This document shows positions 11,094 through 24,404 of a stretch of 45,531 bases of DNA, in pieces. Position 1 is the stretch's first letter. Each line of letters begins with the position of its first letter. The position numbers and the translations under genes were made by a program. This DNA comes from Octopus bimaculoides (Eukaryota), in NCBI RefSeq assembly GCF_001194135.2, contig NC_069007.1:11176240-11221770 (forward strand). Direction: 5' to 3'. A model generated the notes under the pieces. It searched no databases and was not told where the DNA came from. It saw only the letters and a program-made list of their open reading frames with translations.

Positions 11094-11837
11094 CACAGAG
11101 ATGGACACGGACACACACACACATTTACATGCATAAGTAGACTTATGCATACATGAACACACATATACCCATACAGACTTATGTATAACACTGAATATAT
11201 TGTAGGCCACAGTTTCACAGCAAGGTCACTGAGATTTTACATATGACAATATCTTTTCTATGGAAAGGTCATGGGATCTAGAACATTCACTGGAAAACAA
11301 AACTAAGAACAATGCATAACTGCAAGCAGTGCAACTGTCATGGCAAAACATTATCGATTACACAAGTAATTCATTTAGAATAATTATTGAAACGAGAACA
11401 GTATTTGGGAAAAATGCATGTCTTCTGAGAAAATTTTATTAAAAAAATCAAGGAATAAAATTAAATTTTAGATTCTGTGTTTTCACACGTTTTAATGTTA
11501 TTCAACTTTAACCATATTCTGGAGGAAGTTTTTCTGAAAGAACCACTACTCCTGGACGAACTAAAGGTTAAATTAACAGTATCGTCTTTTTAAATGAATT
11601 TATCCCAAATATTGTGAATTTGTATATGAATTTATTTTAGGTATTAACAAACCTGGGTAAATCATCATCATTTTACATGTATTTTGTATGATATATGTTT
11701 ATATGTTTGAGTGTATGAATAGGAGAAACTGCACTCAGTACAGGTAGTAGAGCTGACACTTCAATCCTTCAGTTCACTGCTTCATTGGGTTTTTCATTTG
11801 CAGATATTCATTCAGGTGCAAGGATAGTTTAATGAAT

Positions 11838-12225
<388 letters not shown>

Positions 12226-12618
12226 GAGGGAAAGAAGGGAGAGAGAGGAACAAAGTCGCCAATAATCTGCATATGCGGTTACTGTGAATGTTGATAACAA
12301 GTGGCTGAGAGGAGAGTAAATGATAACTGACAGAACAGATGAGGGGTCATAATGTGCACTGCTAAGTACTTCCATCTTTAGTTTCACTGGTAAATGTAAA
12401 AAATGGGAACGAGGATGATGATGAAGATGAGGGGAAATGATAGAGAGAGTTGTGTATAAAGGGGTTGAGAGATACTAGATGTAGCCCTGGCAAGGACGCA
12501 TGGATGCCCTTCTTAAAGTCAACCACTTCAAAGACTGTACATGGCACTACCTACTTACCTACATACCTGTCTGTCAGTCTGTCTGTCAGTCTGGCTGTCT
12601 GCTTTACAACTTCAAGAG

Positions 12619-13181
12619 CAGTGGTTCTCGAACCTTTCAAAAGATTTCATGTGCTGGTCCCCTTACAGATCTTTCGATGATTCATGGTCCCCTATAAAAT
12701 ACAGGATAATCAACATGGAAAAAAAATGACACACATTTGTGTACTGTAATTTCTGGATTATGAACCACATTACCCATAGATCTGCAACCCTGAAAACCAC
12801 AGCTTAATCCAGGCAATGCCTTATTGGGATACAATGAATGCACATGAAAATATGGGGAATCAGTTGATCAATTGGTTAAAAAACAAATGTGAAATGAAAA
12901 GTGCCGATAGCACATGCACAATCAACCGTTATAACTGCATATTTTCTATCATCCAATCACACTTGTACAATGTGTGTGATTAGAAAATGAGTGTGTAGGA
13001 GTGCTGTGGGTTTTTGAGGCCAACAGCAAAAAGGATGATAGCATGGGAAAAATTGTAAGTCTTGAAATCTTTAACTGTCTCAACCCACCGTTTTCATGAC
13101 ATCTCAGTGTCCCTTCACGGTCCCTTTAAAATCACTTCACAGTTCCCTAGGAGACCGCAGACCCCAGTTTAAGAACCACTG
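12619..13181. mobile_element. hAT-type MITE with 8-bp TSD
   Basis: TIR CAGTGGTTCTC / AAGAACCACTG; TSD ttcaagag (12611-12618) / tccaagag (13182-13189). Confidence 0.88.
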
Positions 13182-13879
13182 TCCAAGAGGGTCTTGGCTT
13201 GTGTACTAACCACCTAAACACTAACTTTAACATCACTCATTCACATATAAGCTCACTTACACCTGAACTCACTCCAGCTCATTCTACCAGTTACTTTCTA
13301 AAGCATGAACGATTCTATAGATTAACTTCAAAAAGTGATACATGGATGTACAATTCCACTGCACAAAAGAACATTGCCATAACATAAACGTATGAATAAT
13401 ATTAGAGGAAAACTACAAGAATAGGCTCAAACACTTTCTTGTATGCAGTCACAGCTTCCATACTTTTTAAAACATTTTTAGCATGTTAAATAAATATGCA
13501 TAGAAATGTGTAAGTGGGCTGCATACAATTATGTGTATACGCACATGTATTTACACATGTATGTGCACATGTATACACACATGTTTTGTATATATACATA
13601 TTAAAAACTGCATGTGTATATCAATATGTAAACGTATGTATGTCTTTGCATAATCAAGAACCGGTATATTATTTTGTGTGTGCTATTGTCTAATCTCTAA
13701 ATTCAGGTTTCTCTATAGGTTCAAAGATTATTTCTGGAAGCCATTTTGGTTTTTGGGTTACATTTTCCTTTTTCTTTTTTTTTCCACCCTCAATTCTCAT
13801 CCTCTGAAAAATTATGCAACTCTCGCCCAACCCCCAACCCACTTTCTCTTTCTCTCTCATGCCTTTTGTAATAGGTATG

Positions 13880-13888
13880 TTGCGTGTG

Positions 13889-13919
<31 letters not shown>

Positions 13920-14241
13920 ACATGTATCTCTGTGTGTATATATACATATATATATTTATATATATATATATACACAATATAACTATGTATGTGTATATAT
14001 GAGTGTGTGAGCACGTATGTATGTGTATATATATGTGTGTGTGTGCATATTTATGTGTGAGCACATGTATGTTTGTTTATGTATGTGTATATGTGTGAGC
14101 ATATGTATTCGTATATATATTTATTTATGTATATATACATATGTATGTATATATATATATGTATACATATATATATATATGAATATTTATGTGTGGGCAC
14201 ATGTATGTGTGTTTATATGTGTGTGAATCAATGTATGTGTT

Positions 14242-14315
<74 letters not shown>

Positions 14316-14330
14316 TGTTTTTATATTATT
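13880..14330. repeat. Long compound (TG)/(TA) alternating RY tract
   Basis: Directly visible. Confidence 0.92.
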
Positions 14331-14391
14331 ATTATATTTTGTATTTTATGTTGCTTTTAAAATTCTGTTTTAATACACATGTAACATCCAA

Positions 14392-14677
14392 AGCAGTAAG
14401 ATTTCTATATTTACATATACATGTGTGTGTTTGTATTAATTGCATGGTTTATCTGTGTGAACAAACTTATTTTTATGCTGAGATGCATGTATGTGTGTGT
14501 ATACATATATGTATGGGTATGTGTGTGTGTGTGTGTGTGTGTGTACATGTGTGCATGTCATTGTGTACATACGCACATATGTATATACAGGAGTGTGAAT
14601 GTATACATATTCCTGTAAATTCATTCAAATATGTTTGTGTTTCTTATGTAGTTTAATGTGTATACATATGTATATAT
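14392..14677 (+). repeat. Left arm of 286-bp near-perfect inverted duplication
   Basis: Reverse complement of 15575-15860. ORF 14421-14618(+) translates identically to 15634-15831(-); paired coordinates sum to 30252. Confidence 0.95.
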
Positions 14678-14840
14678 ATGTATGTATGTATTTCAATATC
14701 TGGATATTAACCTTATAGTGTGCTTTCCAAAGTTCTTCTTTGAATATTGGCTACCAAATGTTATCAAAAACAGAAGGATGTCTCCTGTTACTAAATGCAC
14801 TTGTGGAATTCTACAAATATATAATTTGTATATATATTAA

Positions 14841-14920
<80 letters not shown>

Positions 14921-15177
14921 NNNNNNNNNNNNNNNNNNNNNNNNNNNNNNNNNNNNNNNNNNNNNNNNNNNNNNNNNNNNNNNNNNNNNNNNNNNNNNNN
15001 NNNNNNNNNNNNNNNNNNNNNNNNNNNNNNNNNNNNNNNNNNNNNNNNNNNNNNNNNNNNNNNNNNNNNNNNNNNNNNNNNNNNNNNNNNNNNNNNNNNN
15101 NNNNNNNNNNNNNNNNNNNNNNNNNNNNNNNNNNNNNNNNNNNNNNNNNNNNNNNNNNNNNNNNNNNNNNTATATAT

Positions 15178-15262
15178 TCGAATGGATCAACCCCAGTACT
15201 TATTGCTTTGTTAAGAGTCTGGTGCTTATTCTGTCTGTCTCTTTTGCCAAACCACTAATCAC
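15178..15262 (-). mobile_element. SINE family A 3' fragment
   Basis: gatcaaccccagtacttatt..ctcttttgccaaaccactaa. Confidence 0.7.
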
Positions 15263-15273
15263 ACACACGCATG

Positions 15274-15317
<44 letters not shown>

Positions 15318-15574
15318 ATTGCATTCTAATTTTATGTTGGTTGTATTTACCACCAGGCATTTGTTTACACTTTTCTCAAAGAGAAGATAATTTCAACAAA
15401 TCAAGATTTGATCTTGTATGATATTTCATAGACCTTCATTTTACTCTCTTGTTCATACTATTTGCCACATGGAGTTATTTATCTTTGTGTTTTTTGTTGT
15501 TTTAAAAAAAAATTATGTAAATTATCCTGGCCGCAATTGTTTTCTACTGTACTATCTCATTTGCTAGATTCAAC

Positions 15575-15860
15575 ATATATACATATGTATACACATTAAA
15601 CCACATAAGAAACACAAACATATTTGAATGAATTTACAGGAATATGTATACATTCACACTCCTGTATATACATATGTGCGTATGTACACAATGACATGCA
15701 CACATGTACACACACACACACACACACACACATACCCATACATATATGTATACACACACATACATGCATCTCAGCATAAAAATAAGTTTGTTCACACAGA
15801 TAAACCATGCAATTAATACAAACACACACATGTATATGTAAATATAGAAATCTTACTGCT
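15575..15860 (-). repeat. Right arm of 286-bp inverted duplication
   Basis: See 14392-14677; one mismatch seen (A14650 opposite C15602). Confidence 0.95.
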
Positions 15861-16192
15861 GTGCTGATGATGCCTATTGAGGTAGAAAGTCTTCTCCAAC
15901 AACTGTCGTTTTGTTTCAAGACAAGTCAGACAATCTTTACACACGCATGCATGCACACACACAAACATATGTATATATAGATATATTCATAATTGAATGT
16001 AATAATACTACAAATTAGGCCTCCACCCTTGAACACATGTATCCACAAAAGATTGTAATCTCCTTCAAAGATAATATATAAAATATAAGGTTTAGATTTT
16101 ATATCTAAACACCTCCAATGACATATCTACATATACATGCAAATCTGTGCCTATATAGATTAATAGTTACATATGTATAGATGTATTTGTTT

Positions 16193-16240
<48 letters not shown>

Positions 16241-16816
16241 CTTTTGATACATACATTTGTAATAGAAAAATTCCCTCCTCGACAGATCCATCAACTTAAA
16301 AATATGAAGATAGGTCACTAGATATTCAATAATCTGTTGGACTTGACTTAGCTGGAGATAATATGATTTATCTATCTACTACTCGCATATTCACATACAC
16401 AAATCTATACACACACACATGCGCGTCTTTATTCAGTGACAACCATGAAAGTATATTTCTCTCATGTTTTTCTTATTTCAGATGTGTGTGTGTGTGTNNN
16501 NNNNNNNNNNNNNNNNNNNNNNNNNNNNNNNNNNNNNNNNNNNNNNNNNNNNNNNNNNNNNNNNNNNNNNNNNNNNNNNNNNNNNNNNNNNNNNNNNNNN
16601 NNNNNNNNNNNNNNNNNNNNNNNNNNNNNNNNNNNNNNNNNNNNNNNNNNNNNNNNNNNNNNNNNNNNNNNNNNNNNNNNNNNNNNNNNNNNNNNNNNNN
16701 NNNNNNNNNNNNNNNNNNNNNNNNNNNNNNNNNNNNNNNNNNNNNNNNNNNNNNNNNNNNNNNNNNNNNNNNNNNNNNNNNNNNNNNNNNNNNNNNNNNN
16801 NNNNNNNNNNNNNNNN

Positions 16817-16869
<53 letters not shown>

Positions 16870-17132
16870 AACATACACACACACAAACACACACACAAAC
16901 AAACATACACACACATGCACATGCATACACTACACAAACACACAAACATACACACATGTGCTCTTTGTCTCTCTCTCTCTCTTTCACACACACACACAAA
17001 CACACTTATTCTTTCTTTGTATCTGCCTCTCTTCTCTCTCACACACACGCAAACTTGTGCTCTCCCTTGTATACACACACTTGCTCTCTCTGTCTCACAC
17101 TCAAACACTCTCTCTTTCTTTGTATCTCTTTC

Positions 17133-17180
<48 letters not shown>
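16817..17180. repeat. Compound (CA)n/(CT)n microsatellite
   Basis: Directly visible; abuts a gap. Confidence 0.92.
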
Positions 17181-17182
<2 letters not shown>

Positions 17183-17568
17183 TAAGATAAAATTATACAC
17201 ACATGCAAAATAATCCCTTTATTTCTCTCACTGCTCTTCACAAAAGTTACATATTATCATAACTGAATTCCAAATAACTCAAAGTGCTTAGAAATTATTT
17301 ACATATTTAATGAGTGTCTACTTTTCNNNNNNNNNNNNNNNNNNNNNNNNNNNNNNNNNNNNNNNNNNNNNNNNNNNNNNNNNNNNNNNNNNNNNNNNNN
17401 NNNNNNNNNNNNNNNNNNNNNNNNNNNNNNNNNNNNNNNNNNNNNNNNNNNNNNNNNNNNNNNNNNNNNNNNNNNNNNNNNNNNNNNNNNNNNNNNNNNN
17501 NNNNNNNNNNNNNNNNNNNNNNNNNNNNNNNNNNNNNNNNNNNNNNNNNNNNNNNNNNNNNNNNNNNN

Positions 17569-17605
<37 letters not shown>

Positions 17606-17624
17606 TATATATATAAATGCATAT

Positions 17625-17775
17625 ATTTCTGTGTTTGTATCTGTCTTTGTCACTCCATTATCATCACTTGACGACGTTGGTGTGTTTATATCCCCATAAC
17701 TTGCCGGTTTGGCAAAAAAGCCCAAGAGAATAAGTACCAGGCTTACAAAGAATAAGTCTAGGGGTCGATTTCTAA
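17625..17775 (+). mobile_element. SINE family A 3' half
   Basis: ccccataacttgccggtttggcaaaa..gaataagtaccaggcttacaaagaataagtc. Confidence 0.85.
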
Positions 17776-18335
17776 TGAGAGCTTCGCCTAGCAAATTACT
17801 TTATTTGCTGAAGATAGCTTAAAACCATGGTCCAGAAAATAGATGGTAAATGTTTTTAATTTTCATTCCCTTTCGAAATTACCCCTAATTGTGGTTTGGA
17901 TTTTAACTACTCCTTCTAGCGGGTTAGATGTCTCATTATGGCCATCTCTTATGAGTTTAAATGTACACTGTACATATAAGATAGCTAGGTAAATTAAGAA
18001 ATGGATTTAAACACAAGTGTTATTCCAGTCTTTATACTTCCTACATATGTTTCTAAGAAAACGATTTTATTCCGAAGGGAATAAAATGATGTAAAACAAT
18101 GAAATTATCTCGTCAAGAAGAAAAGAGAAACAAAACACACCAATGAGCCATTTTACCTGAATGTGATTACACTAGAGTGCTACCCAACGCAAGATGAGTA
18201 ACTGTGGATGTATACTAAGTTAAGTTGCAGTTTATTGTATGTATGCCCTACTTCATGGTATAACTCATAGTGACAACAAAAGTATATTCAAATGATTCTA
18301 GCCTTTACAGTGATGTATTGTCTTGTGACTGTTTT

Positions 18336-18373
<38 letters not shown>

Positions 18374-18577
18374 NNNNNNNNNNNNNNNNNNNNNNNNNNN
18401 NNNNNNNNNNNNNNNNNNNNNNNNNNNNNNNNNNNNNNNNNNGCAGTTGTTTACTGTCAACTTAATGTGACAGACCCATTAAAGGAATCATAGTGCTGCC
18501 ATTTAGCCCTAGGAAGCTGGACCGCTTCCTGTTGGCCTTGACACCCCCCCTGTGTCCTACATTTGTGAAGGGGAGAC

Positions 18578-18627
18578 AAGCTTCCTCACCCAGCTCAGTC
18601 TGCAGACTGAGCTGGTTGGAGAAGCTT
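18578..18627. repeat. 50-bp loopless quasi-palindrome (central 26 bp perfect)
   Basis: aagcttcctcacccagctcagtctg|cagactgagctggttggagaagctt; 22 of 25 positions pair. Confidence 0.95.
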
Positions 18628-18661
<34 letters not shown>

Positions 18662-19896
18662 CTACATACATGCTGACTGACAGTCATACATGTATATATA
18701 TACATATGTCTATACAGAAGAGTTGAGCATTGTTTCCATGTAAGATATACTTAAAAAATACTTTAAGCAGATGAGAGAGAGAGAGATTGAGAGAGAGCAG
18801 GAGAAGGAATGAAAGAGATTAACTGAAGATGCAGTCATATCAAAATCTTTGTCTTTATATTCTTCCTACTCCTCACATCACATTCACCCACTTTCACTTG
18901 CATGCTTACTTTAACTCCCCTTCTTAAATCAAACTCTCACTTCTTGGAATTTTTCATCTTACTTTCTTTCCCTCTTATTTTCTTTTTAATGATTTCACTA
19001 TTTCTGTTTCTCTCTTTTCTGTCCCACCCCTTTCTCTCTCTCTCTCTCTCTCTCCCTCATTTTTTCCTTTCACTGTTGTCAACACTATCACAGGCAATTC
19101 CTTTGCTATCACCACAACCATGACTGTTTATTTCTAATTCTATTTGAGTTACTTTTAATGTTACGCAAAAGGAAGGTTAGTAAGTACTATTGAATTAATA
19201 TATTGATAGCTGTTATCAGGCATTTGACTCTTCTACATGTTAATGTACGCATCTGTCCCTTCCTAAAAAGCATCATTCTCTAAAATAGAACCTAATTATG
19301 TACTCACCAGCCTCTTTGAAATTTATATCACCAAAATCTTAAGTGCAAAAAACCCTTGCACACACAGATTTTTTAATATATAAATATATAATCTTTAGAA
19401 CTGCTTTTGCAAAAATGATTTTCCATATATTACAGTGGTCATTTGTTCATTGATGGGTGCACACATACATGTGTGTGTAAGCATATATATAGATTTATGT
19501 TTATATGTCTGAGTATGTATGAGTTTGGTGAGATACAAATAACTGTCCCTACCACCAAGTTAGCTTTCATTTAATTTTTATAATTATTAAAACTTTATTT
19601 ATATATTTTAAATTAAGTTGAATTAATGTAACCATATTTTAAAAATCATTTTGAAATGTTAAAAAAACTTCAAATCATTCTTCATATTACAAAACAAAAA
19701 AAAAAATGGACGCAGTTCCATAATTAGCCAAGTAAGAAAATATTCGCAGTCCCCACCAGAAATTAAACCTATGGGTTACTCCACCACCCCTTAAGAAAAT
19801 CCCTCAATTTAGAATATTTTCTAAAATATATTATAACCAGTTTTTATTTTACATCTGGTGATGCAAACAGGAAAATAGAAATCAATGTTGGACGGT

Positions 19897-20098
19897 GGTC
19901 ATGCTGCAGCACTGCCTTGAAGAATTTTTAGCTGAATTAATGAACCCCAGTACTTATTTTCTTTTTAGAAAGCCTTGTACTTAATCTATCGATCCCTTTT
20001 GCAGGATCACTCACTTATGGTGACATAAACACACCAGTTGTCATGCAGTGGTGGTGGTGGGAGGCAAACACATACACAAAGACACAAAAGCATGCATG

Positions 20099-20136
<38 letters not shown>

Positions 20137-20297
20137 ATGGGCTTCTTTCAGTTTCCATCTCCTAAATCCACTCACAAGGCCTTGGTTAGCCTGAGGCTAT
20201 AGCAGAAGGCACTTGCCCAAGGTGCCATGCAGTGGAATTGATCCTGGAACCATGTGTTTGGGAAGTAAACTTCTCACCACACAGCCACGCCTGCATC
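19897..20297 (-). mobile_element. SINE family A, full length
   Basis: Head ccacacagccacgcctgca at 20278-20296, core cacttgcccaaggtgcc, 3' half from 19897. Confidence 0.88.
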
Positions 20298-20301
20298 TCT
20301 T

Positions 20302-20560
20302 CTTTTATTCTTCTACTTGTTTCAGTCATCTGACTGCAGCCATGCTGGAGCACATCCTTAAAGGGCTTTTAGTCGAAGAAACCAACCCCACCAGGACTTA
20401 TTCTTTGTAAGTCTAGTACTTATTCTATCTGTTCCTTTTGCTGAACCACTAGGTCACGGATACATAAACACACCAACATCAGCTGTCAAGCAATGGTGGG
20501 AAGAACACACTCAGGCACAAACATGCACACACAAATATGTACATACACACACATACATAC
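20302..20560 (-). mobile_element. SINE family A 3' half, tandem to the previous copy
   Basis: cttgtttcagtcatctgactgcagccatgctggagcac. Confidence 0.85.
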
Positions 20561-20998
20561 ACATATATATGAAGTATAAAGAAAGGGAAAATTGTAGGTG
20601 TAGACAAATTTTAATTCATGATCCAGGTTGGGACAGAACCAATATACATGCTACAAATTGTTTCAGAGTCTAATTAATTCCAAAGACAAAAACGAAAACC
20701 TCTTCTTGAAATAAAAATTAGATTCTTCATCAGGAATTACATAGTGGTATGAATAATTACAACCAATAAAAATATACAAAGCCCTTTCATAGCCCAGATG
20801 GGAATGAACAAATATATGATTTAAGTTATTGAACGAAGCTTGACAAATTCAGTTACATTTTTTGTAAATGGAGGAGATTAGATGTTAATATGGAATAAAA
20901 TATTTTTTATTCATTTCGCTATACGATCGTTTCATAGAGAAAGACAATAAATTTATTTTGAGAATCTGAGTTGTCAATGAGTGCTCATCAGTAACACA

Positions 20999-21220
20999 AA
21001 GGCGGCCAGCTGGTAGAAATGTTAGCATGCCAGGCAAAAAGCTTAGGAGTATTTTGTCTATCTTTACATTCTGAGTTCAAGTTCTGCTGAGGTCAACTTT
21101 GCCTTTCATCCTTTTGGGGGTTGATAAATTAAGTACCAGTTGCGTACTGGGGATTGATCTAATCGACAGACTCCCTCTCCGAAAATTTTAAGCCTTGTAC
21201 CTAGAGAAGAAAAGAATAAG
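20999..21220 (+). mobile_element. SINE family B
   Basis: aaggcggccagctggtagaaatgttagcatgcc..gagttcaag..aagtaccagttgcgtactgggg. Confidence 0.92.
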
Positions 21221-21349
21221 AAAACAATATAATAAAAACTAAATAAAGAAAAAAATGGGACTTTAGAATTACATGGGTAAGGTGTTCTTACTAATTTCTG
21301 TAATGTGTAGTTGTTTTTGGAGTCATGTCTATTTAAAACACAACATATA

Positions 21350-21506
21350 CATGACAGGCTTCTTTCAGTTTCTGTCTACCAAATCCACTCATAAGTGTTT
21401 GGTCAGCCTAAGGCTAAAGAAGGCACTTACCTAAGATGCCACGCAGTGGGACTGAACTCTGAACCCAGAACCATGTGGGTTCTTACCACACAGCACACAT
21501 GCACCT
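21350..21506 (-). mobile_element. SINE family A 5' half
   Basis: ggcttctttcagtttctgtctaccaaatccac..ttaccacacagc. Confidence 0.85.
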
Positions 21507-21782
21507 ATGTATGCAGAGGTTACAGTGCTTTCTTAGTTTCCTTCATTTGATTTTCTTTTTTGTTATTCTTTGCATGATTATAATATGGCAATAATTCATA
21601 ATCATTTAACACCAACTCCGAAATGGTGAAGAACAGGTATTTATTTGTTGTATTTGATTATTTTTACAACCATTAGATAGACACCTGTGTGTGTGTGTGT
21701 GTGTGTCTATATGTACATATATACATACGCACACATGAATGTAGATGTTTGTACCCATACATGCTCACAAACATATATGTAC

Positions 21783-21819
<37 letters not shown>

Positions 21820-21982
21820 CAAAAGGATGTGTTATAATACTATTCCACATATACAAAAACAGCCATACCAACAATCNNNNNNNNNNACTTGCCCCATGGA
21901 TATCATTATGGTTTTGACACCTGGGCAGTACCATTCAATCTGGCGGTGTTAACAGCACTAAAATAAGTATATTATATATATA

Positions 21983-22375
21983 GGCACAAGAGTGGCTGTG
22001 TGGTAAGAAGCTTGCTTCCCAACCACACGGTTCTGGGTTCAGTCCCACTGTAGGCAGGTGTCTTCTACTATAGCCTTGGGCTGACCAAAGCCTCGTTAGT
22101 GGATTTGGTCGACGGAAACTGAGAGAAACCCATCATATATATATGTATGTGTGTATTTGTGTATCTGTGTTTGTCCCCCCATCCCTCGCCACCATTACTT
22201 GACAACCGATGTTGGCTTGTTTACTTCCCTGTAACTTAGCGGTTTGGAAAAAGAGGCCAATTGAATAAGTACTAGGCTTACAAAAAATAAGTTCTGGGGT
22301 CAATTTGTACAACTAAAGGTGGTGCTCCAGTATGGCCACAGTTAAATTACTGAAACAAGGAAAAAGAACAGAAAA
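21983..22375 (+). mobile_element. SINE family A, full length
   Basis: ggcacaagagtggctgtgtggtaag..gggttcagtcccactg..actgaaacaagg. Confidence 0.9.
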
Positions 22376-22395
22376 GAAAAGAAAATATATATGTG

Positions 22396-22433
<38 letters not shown>

Positions 22434-22781
22434 TACACACATATATAAATATATATATATATAAATATATATATTTATATAAATATATATATATATCAAC
22501 ATATATATTTCCATACACACATATATATAAATATATATGTATGCTTATATAACTATATATATNNNNNNNNNNNNNNNNNNNNNNNNNNNNNNNNNNNNNN
22601 NNNNNNNNNNNNNNNNNNNNNNNNNNNNNNNNNNNNNNNNNNNNNNNNNNNNNNNNNNNNNNNNNNNNNNNNNNNNNNNNNNNNNNNNNNNNNNNNNNNN
22701 NNNNNNNNNNNNNNNNNNNNNNNNNNNNNNNNNNNNNNNNNNNNNNNNNNNNNNNNNNNNNNNNNNNNNNNNNNNNNNNNN

Positions 22782-22814
<33 letters not shown>

Positions 22815-23099
22815 TGTGTGGATGTGTGTGTACGTATTATAATTATGTCTAGGAATATTAACTCAACCTCCGATGCTTGTCCATGAAATATTGAGAAGCA
22901 AAGTTGAGTTTGGCAGGAAGTGAATCCAGAACATATCTCATGAACACTCCCCCACACACACACATACACTCCACCCAACTCACACATATAGACATCCACC
23001 CGTAAATCCGAGCCAATTAGGAAGCCTGTATGCAGTAACTCAGCCTGCTAGAAACGGTAGTTGAATATTGAAAAATAAAATCACTTAAATTTATGTTGC

Positions 23100-23180
23100 T
23101 GTTTTTGTTGTTTAGCCACAGGCTAGCTTTGATCCAGTAGACCTATGATCAAACCTGTTTCAGTTATGGCTATCCTGCGT
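23100..23180 (-). mobile_element. Family C tail fragment
   Basis: gttgtttagccacagg..agacctatgatcaaa. Confidence 0.6.
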
Positions 23181-23302
23181 ATTGATATATAGTTTATATC
23201 TAATTGTTGTATTTTGGGATGGCCATTTTTTTTTTTTTGTTGCCAAATAAACACATGCACTATATATTTGTTCATTGCTCGTTTATCATTTTAACTCATC
23301 AA

Positions 23303-23370
23303 AAGTGGCGAGCTGGCAGAAATGTTAGCATGCTGGGCAAAATGCTTAGCAGTATTTCATCTTTCTTTAC
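23303..23370 (+). mobile_element. SINE family B head running into a gap
   Basis: gtggcgagctggcagaaatgttagcatgctgggcaaaatgcttagc. Confidence 0.85.
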
Positions 23371-24054
23371 NNNNNNNNNNNNNNNNNNNNNNNNNNNNNN
23401 NNNNNNNNNNNNNNNNNNNNNNNNNNNNNNNNNNNNNNNNNNNNNNNNNNNNNNNNNNNNNNNNNNNNNNNNNNNNNNNNNNNNNNNNNNNNNNNNNNNN
23501 NNNNNNNNNNNNNNNNNNNNNNNNNNNNNNNNNNNNNNNNNNNNNNNNNNNNNNNNNNNNNNNNNNNNNNNNNNNNNNNNNNNNNNNNNNNNNNNNNNNN
23601 NNNNNNNNNNNNNNNNNNNNNNNNNNNNNNNNNNNNNNNNNNNNNNNNNNNNNNNNNNNNNNNNNNNNNNNNNNNNNNNNNNNNNNNNNNNNNNNNNNNN
23701 NNNNNNNNNNNNNNNNNNNNNNNNNNNNNNNNNNNNNNNNNNNNNNNNNNNNNNNNNNNNNNNNNNNNNNNNNNNNNNNNNNNNNNNNNNNNNAAAAAAA
23801 AAAAAAAAAAAAAGAAATGACCATCCCAAAATACAACAATATCTGTTTCAACACACAATTTCACATCAGGAATCTTGCAACACAAATATATATCTAATTC
23901 CATGGGTTCTTAACTTATGAGGGAGCTGTAGTGTAGCCATTGTGACATTTGGCATATCTTGGGCATTTTTACACCTGTTACAGCCTACCTCTCTCCACGT
24001 CTGGCCACAGTTAATTTCTTCCAGAAAGAGGGATACAGACAAAATGAAAGAGAA

Positions 24055-24160
24055 ATAAAACCACCAACCCCAGTACATCACTGGTATTTTAGTTATTGAT
24101 TCTGAAAGAATGAAAGACAAAGTGTACCTCATTGGTATTTAAACTTGTAGCTCAGAGAGG
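24055..24160 (-). mobile_element. SINE family B degenerate fragment
   Basis: accccagtacatcactggta..gaaagaatgaaagacaaagt. Confidence 0.6.
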
Positions 24161-24184
24161 TAGAAAAAATATTAGATGACAATC

Positions 24185-24404
24185 TAAAGACTCTGCCGTT
24201 TTGGTTTATTACGGCTGAATGGACAAAGTTAGACGGAGAAAATAACATCTGCTGGACAATCTACATGTAATGTCCACCCAAGACACATCACCAATGTATA
24301 TACGTCGAATCTGTGACTGAATCTTTAAGATGAAGACTGGACTCTGCAGCTAATTCAGAATGAGCACGTTAGCTTCCTTCTCTTCTGTTGGAGCTTTCCA
24401 TCGT
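24185..24404 (-). other. Candidate 3'-terminal exon of an unidentified minus-strand gene
   Basis: Acceptor tttatttttccttttcctttaattttgcAG|ACGATGG; short open frames then stop (DGKLQQKRRKLTCSF*, RWKAPTEEKEANVLILN*); AATAAA at 24210-24205. Confidence 0.35.

Noticed and set aside
13261-13358. Minus-strand segment with good acceptor and GTAAGT/GTGAGT donors
   Set aside because: Stops in all three frames; typical pseudo-exon unless non-coding.
13678-14656. CV/HT/YI-rich ORFs
   Set aside because: Translations of (TG)/(CA)/(TA) microsatellites; the same applies at 9.6-10, 11.8, 16.8-17.2 and 43.0 kb.
15864-15888. CUGAUGA-UGCCU-AUUG-AGGUA-GAAA core next to the inverted-duplication breakpoint
   Set aside because: Core and helix II look right, but no NUH with matching helix I and III strands was found up- or downstream.
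23968-24000. 29-nt minus-strand segment between a pyrimidine tract and GTAGGC
   Set aside because: AAG acceptor after GG, weak donor, not frame-preserving; the tract abuts a SINE fragment.
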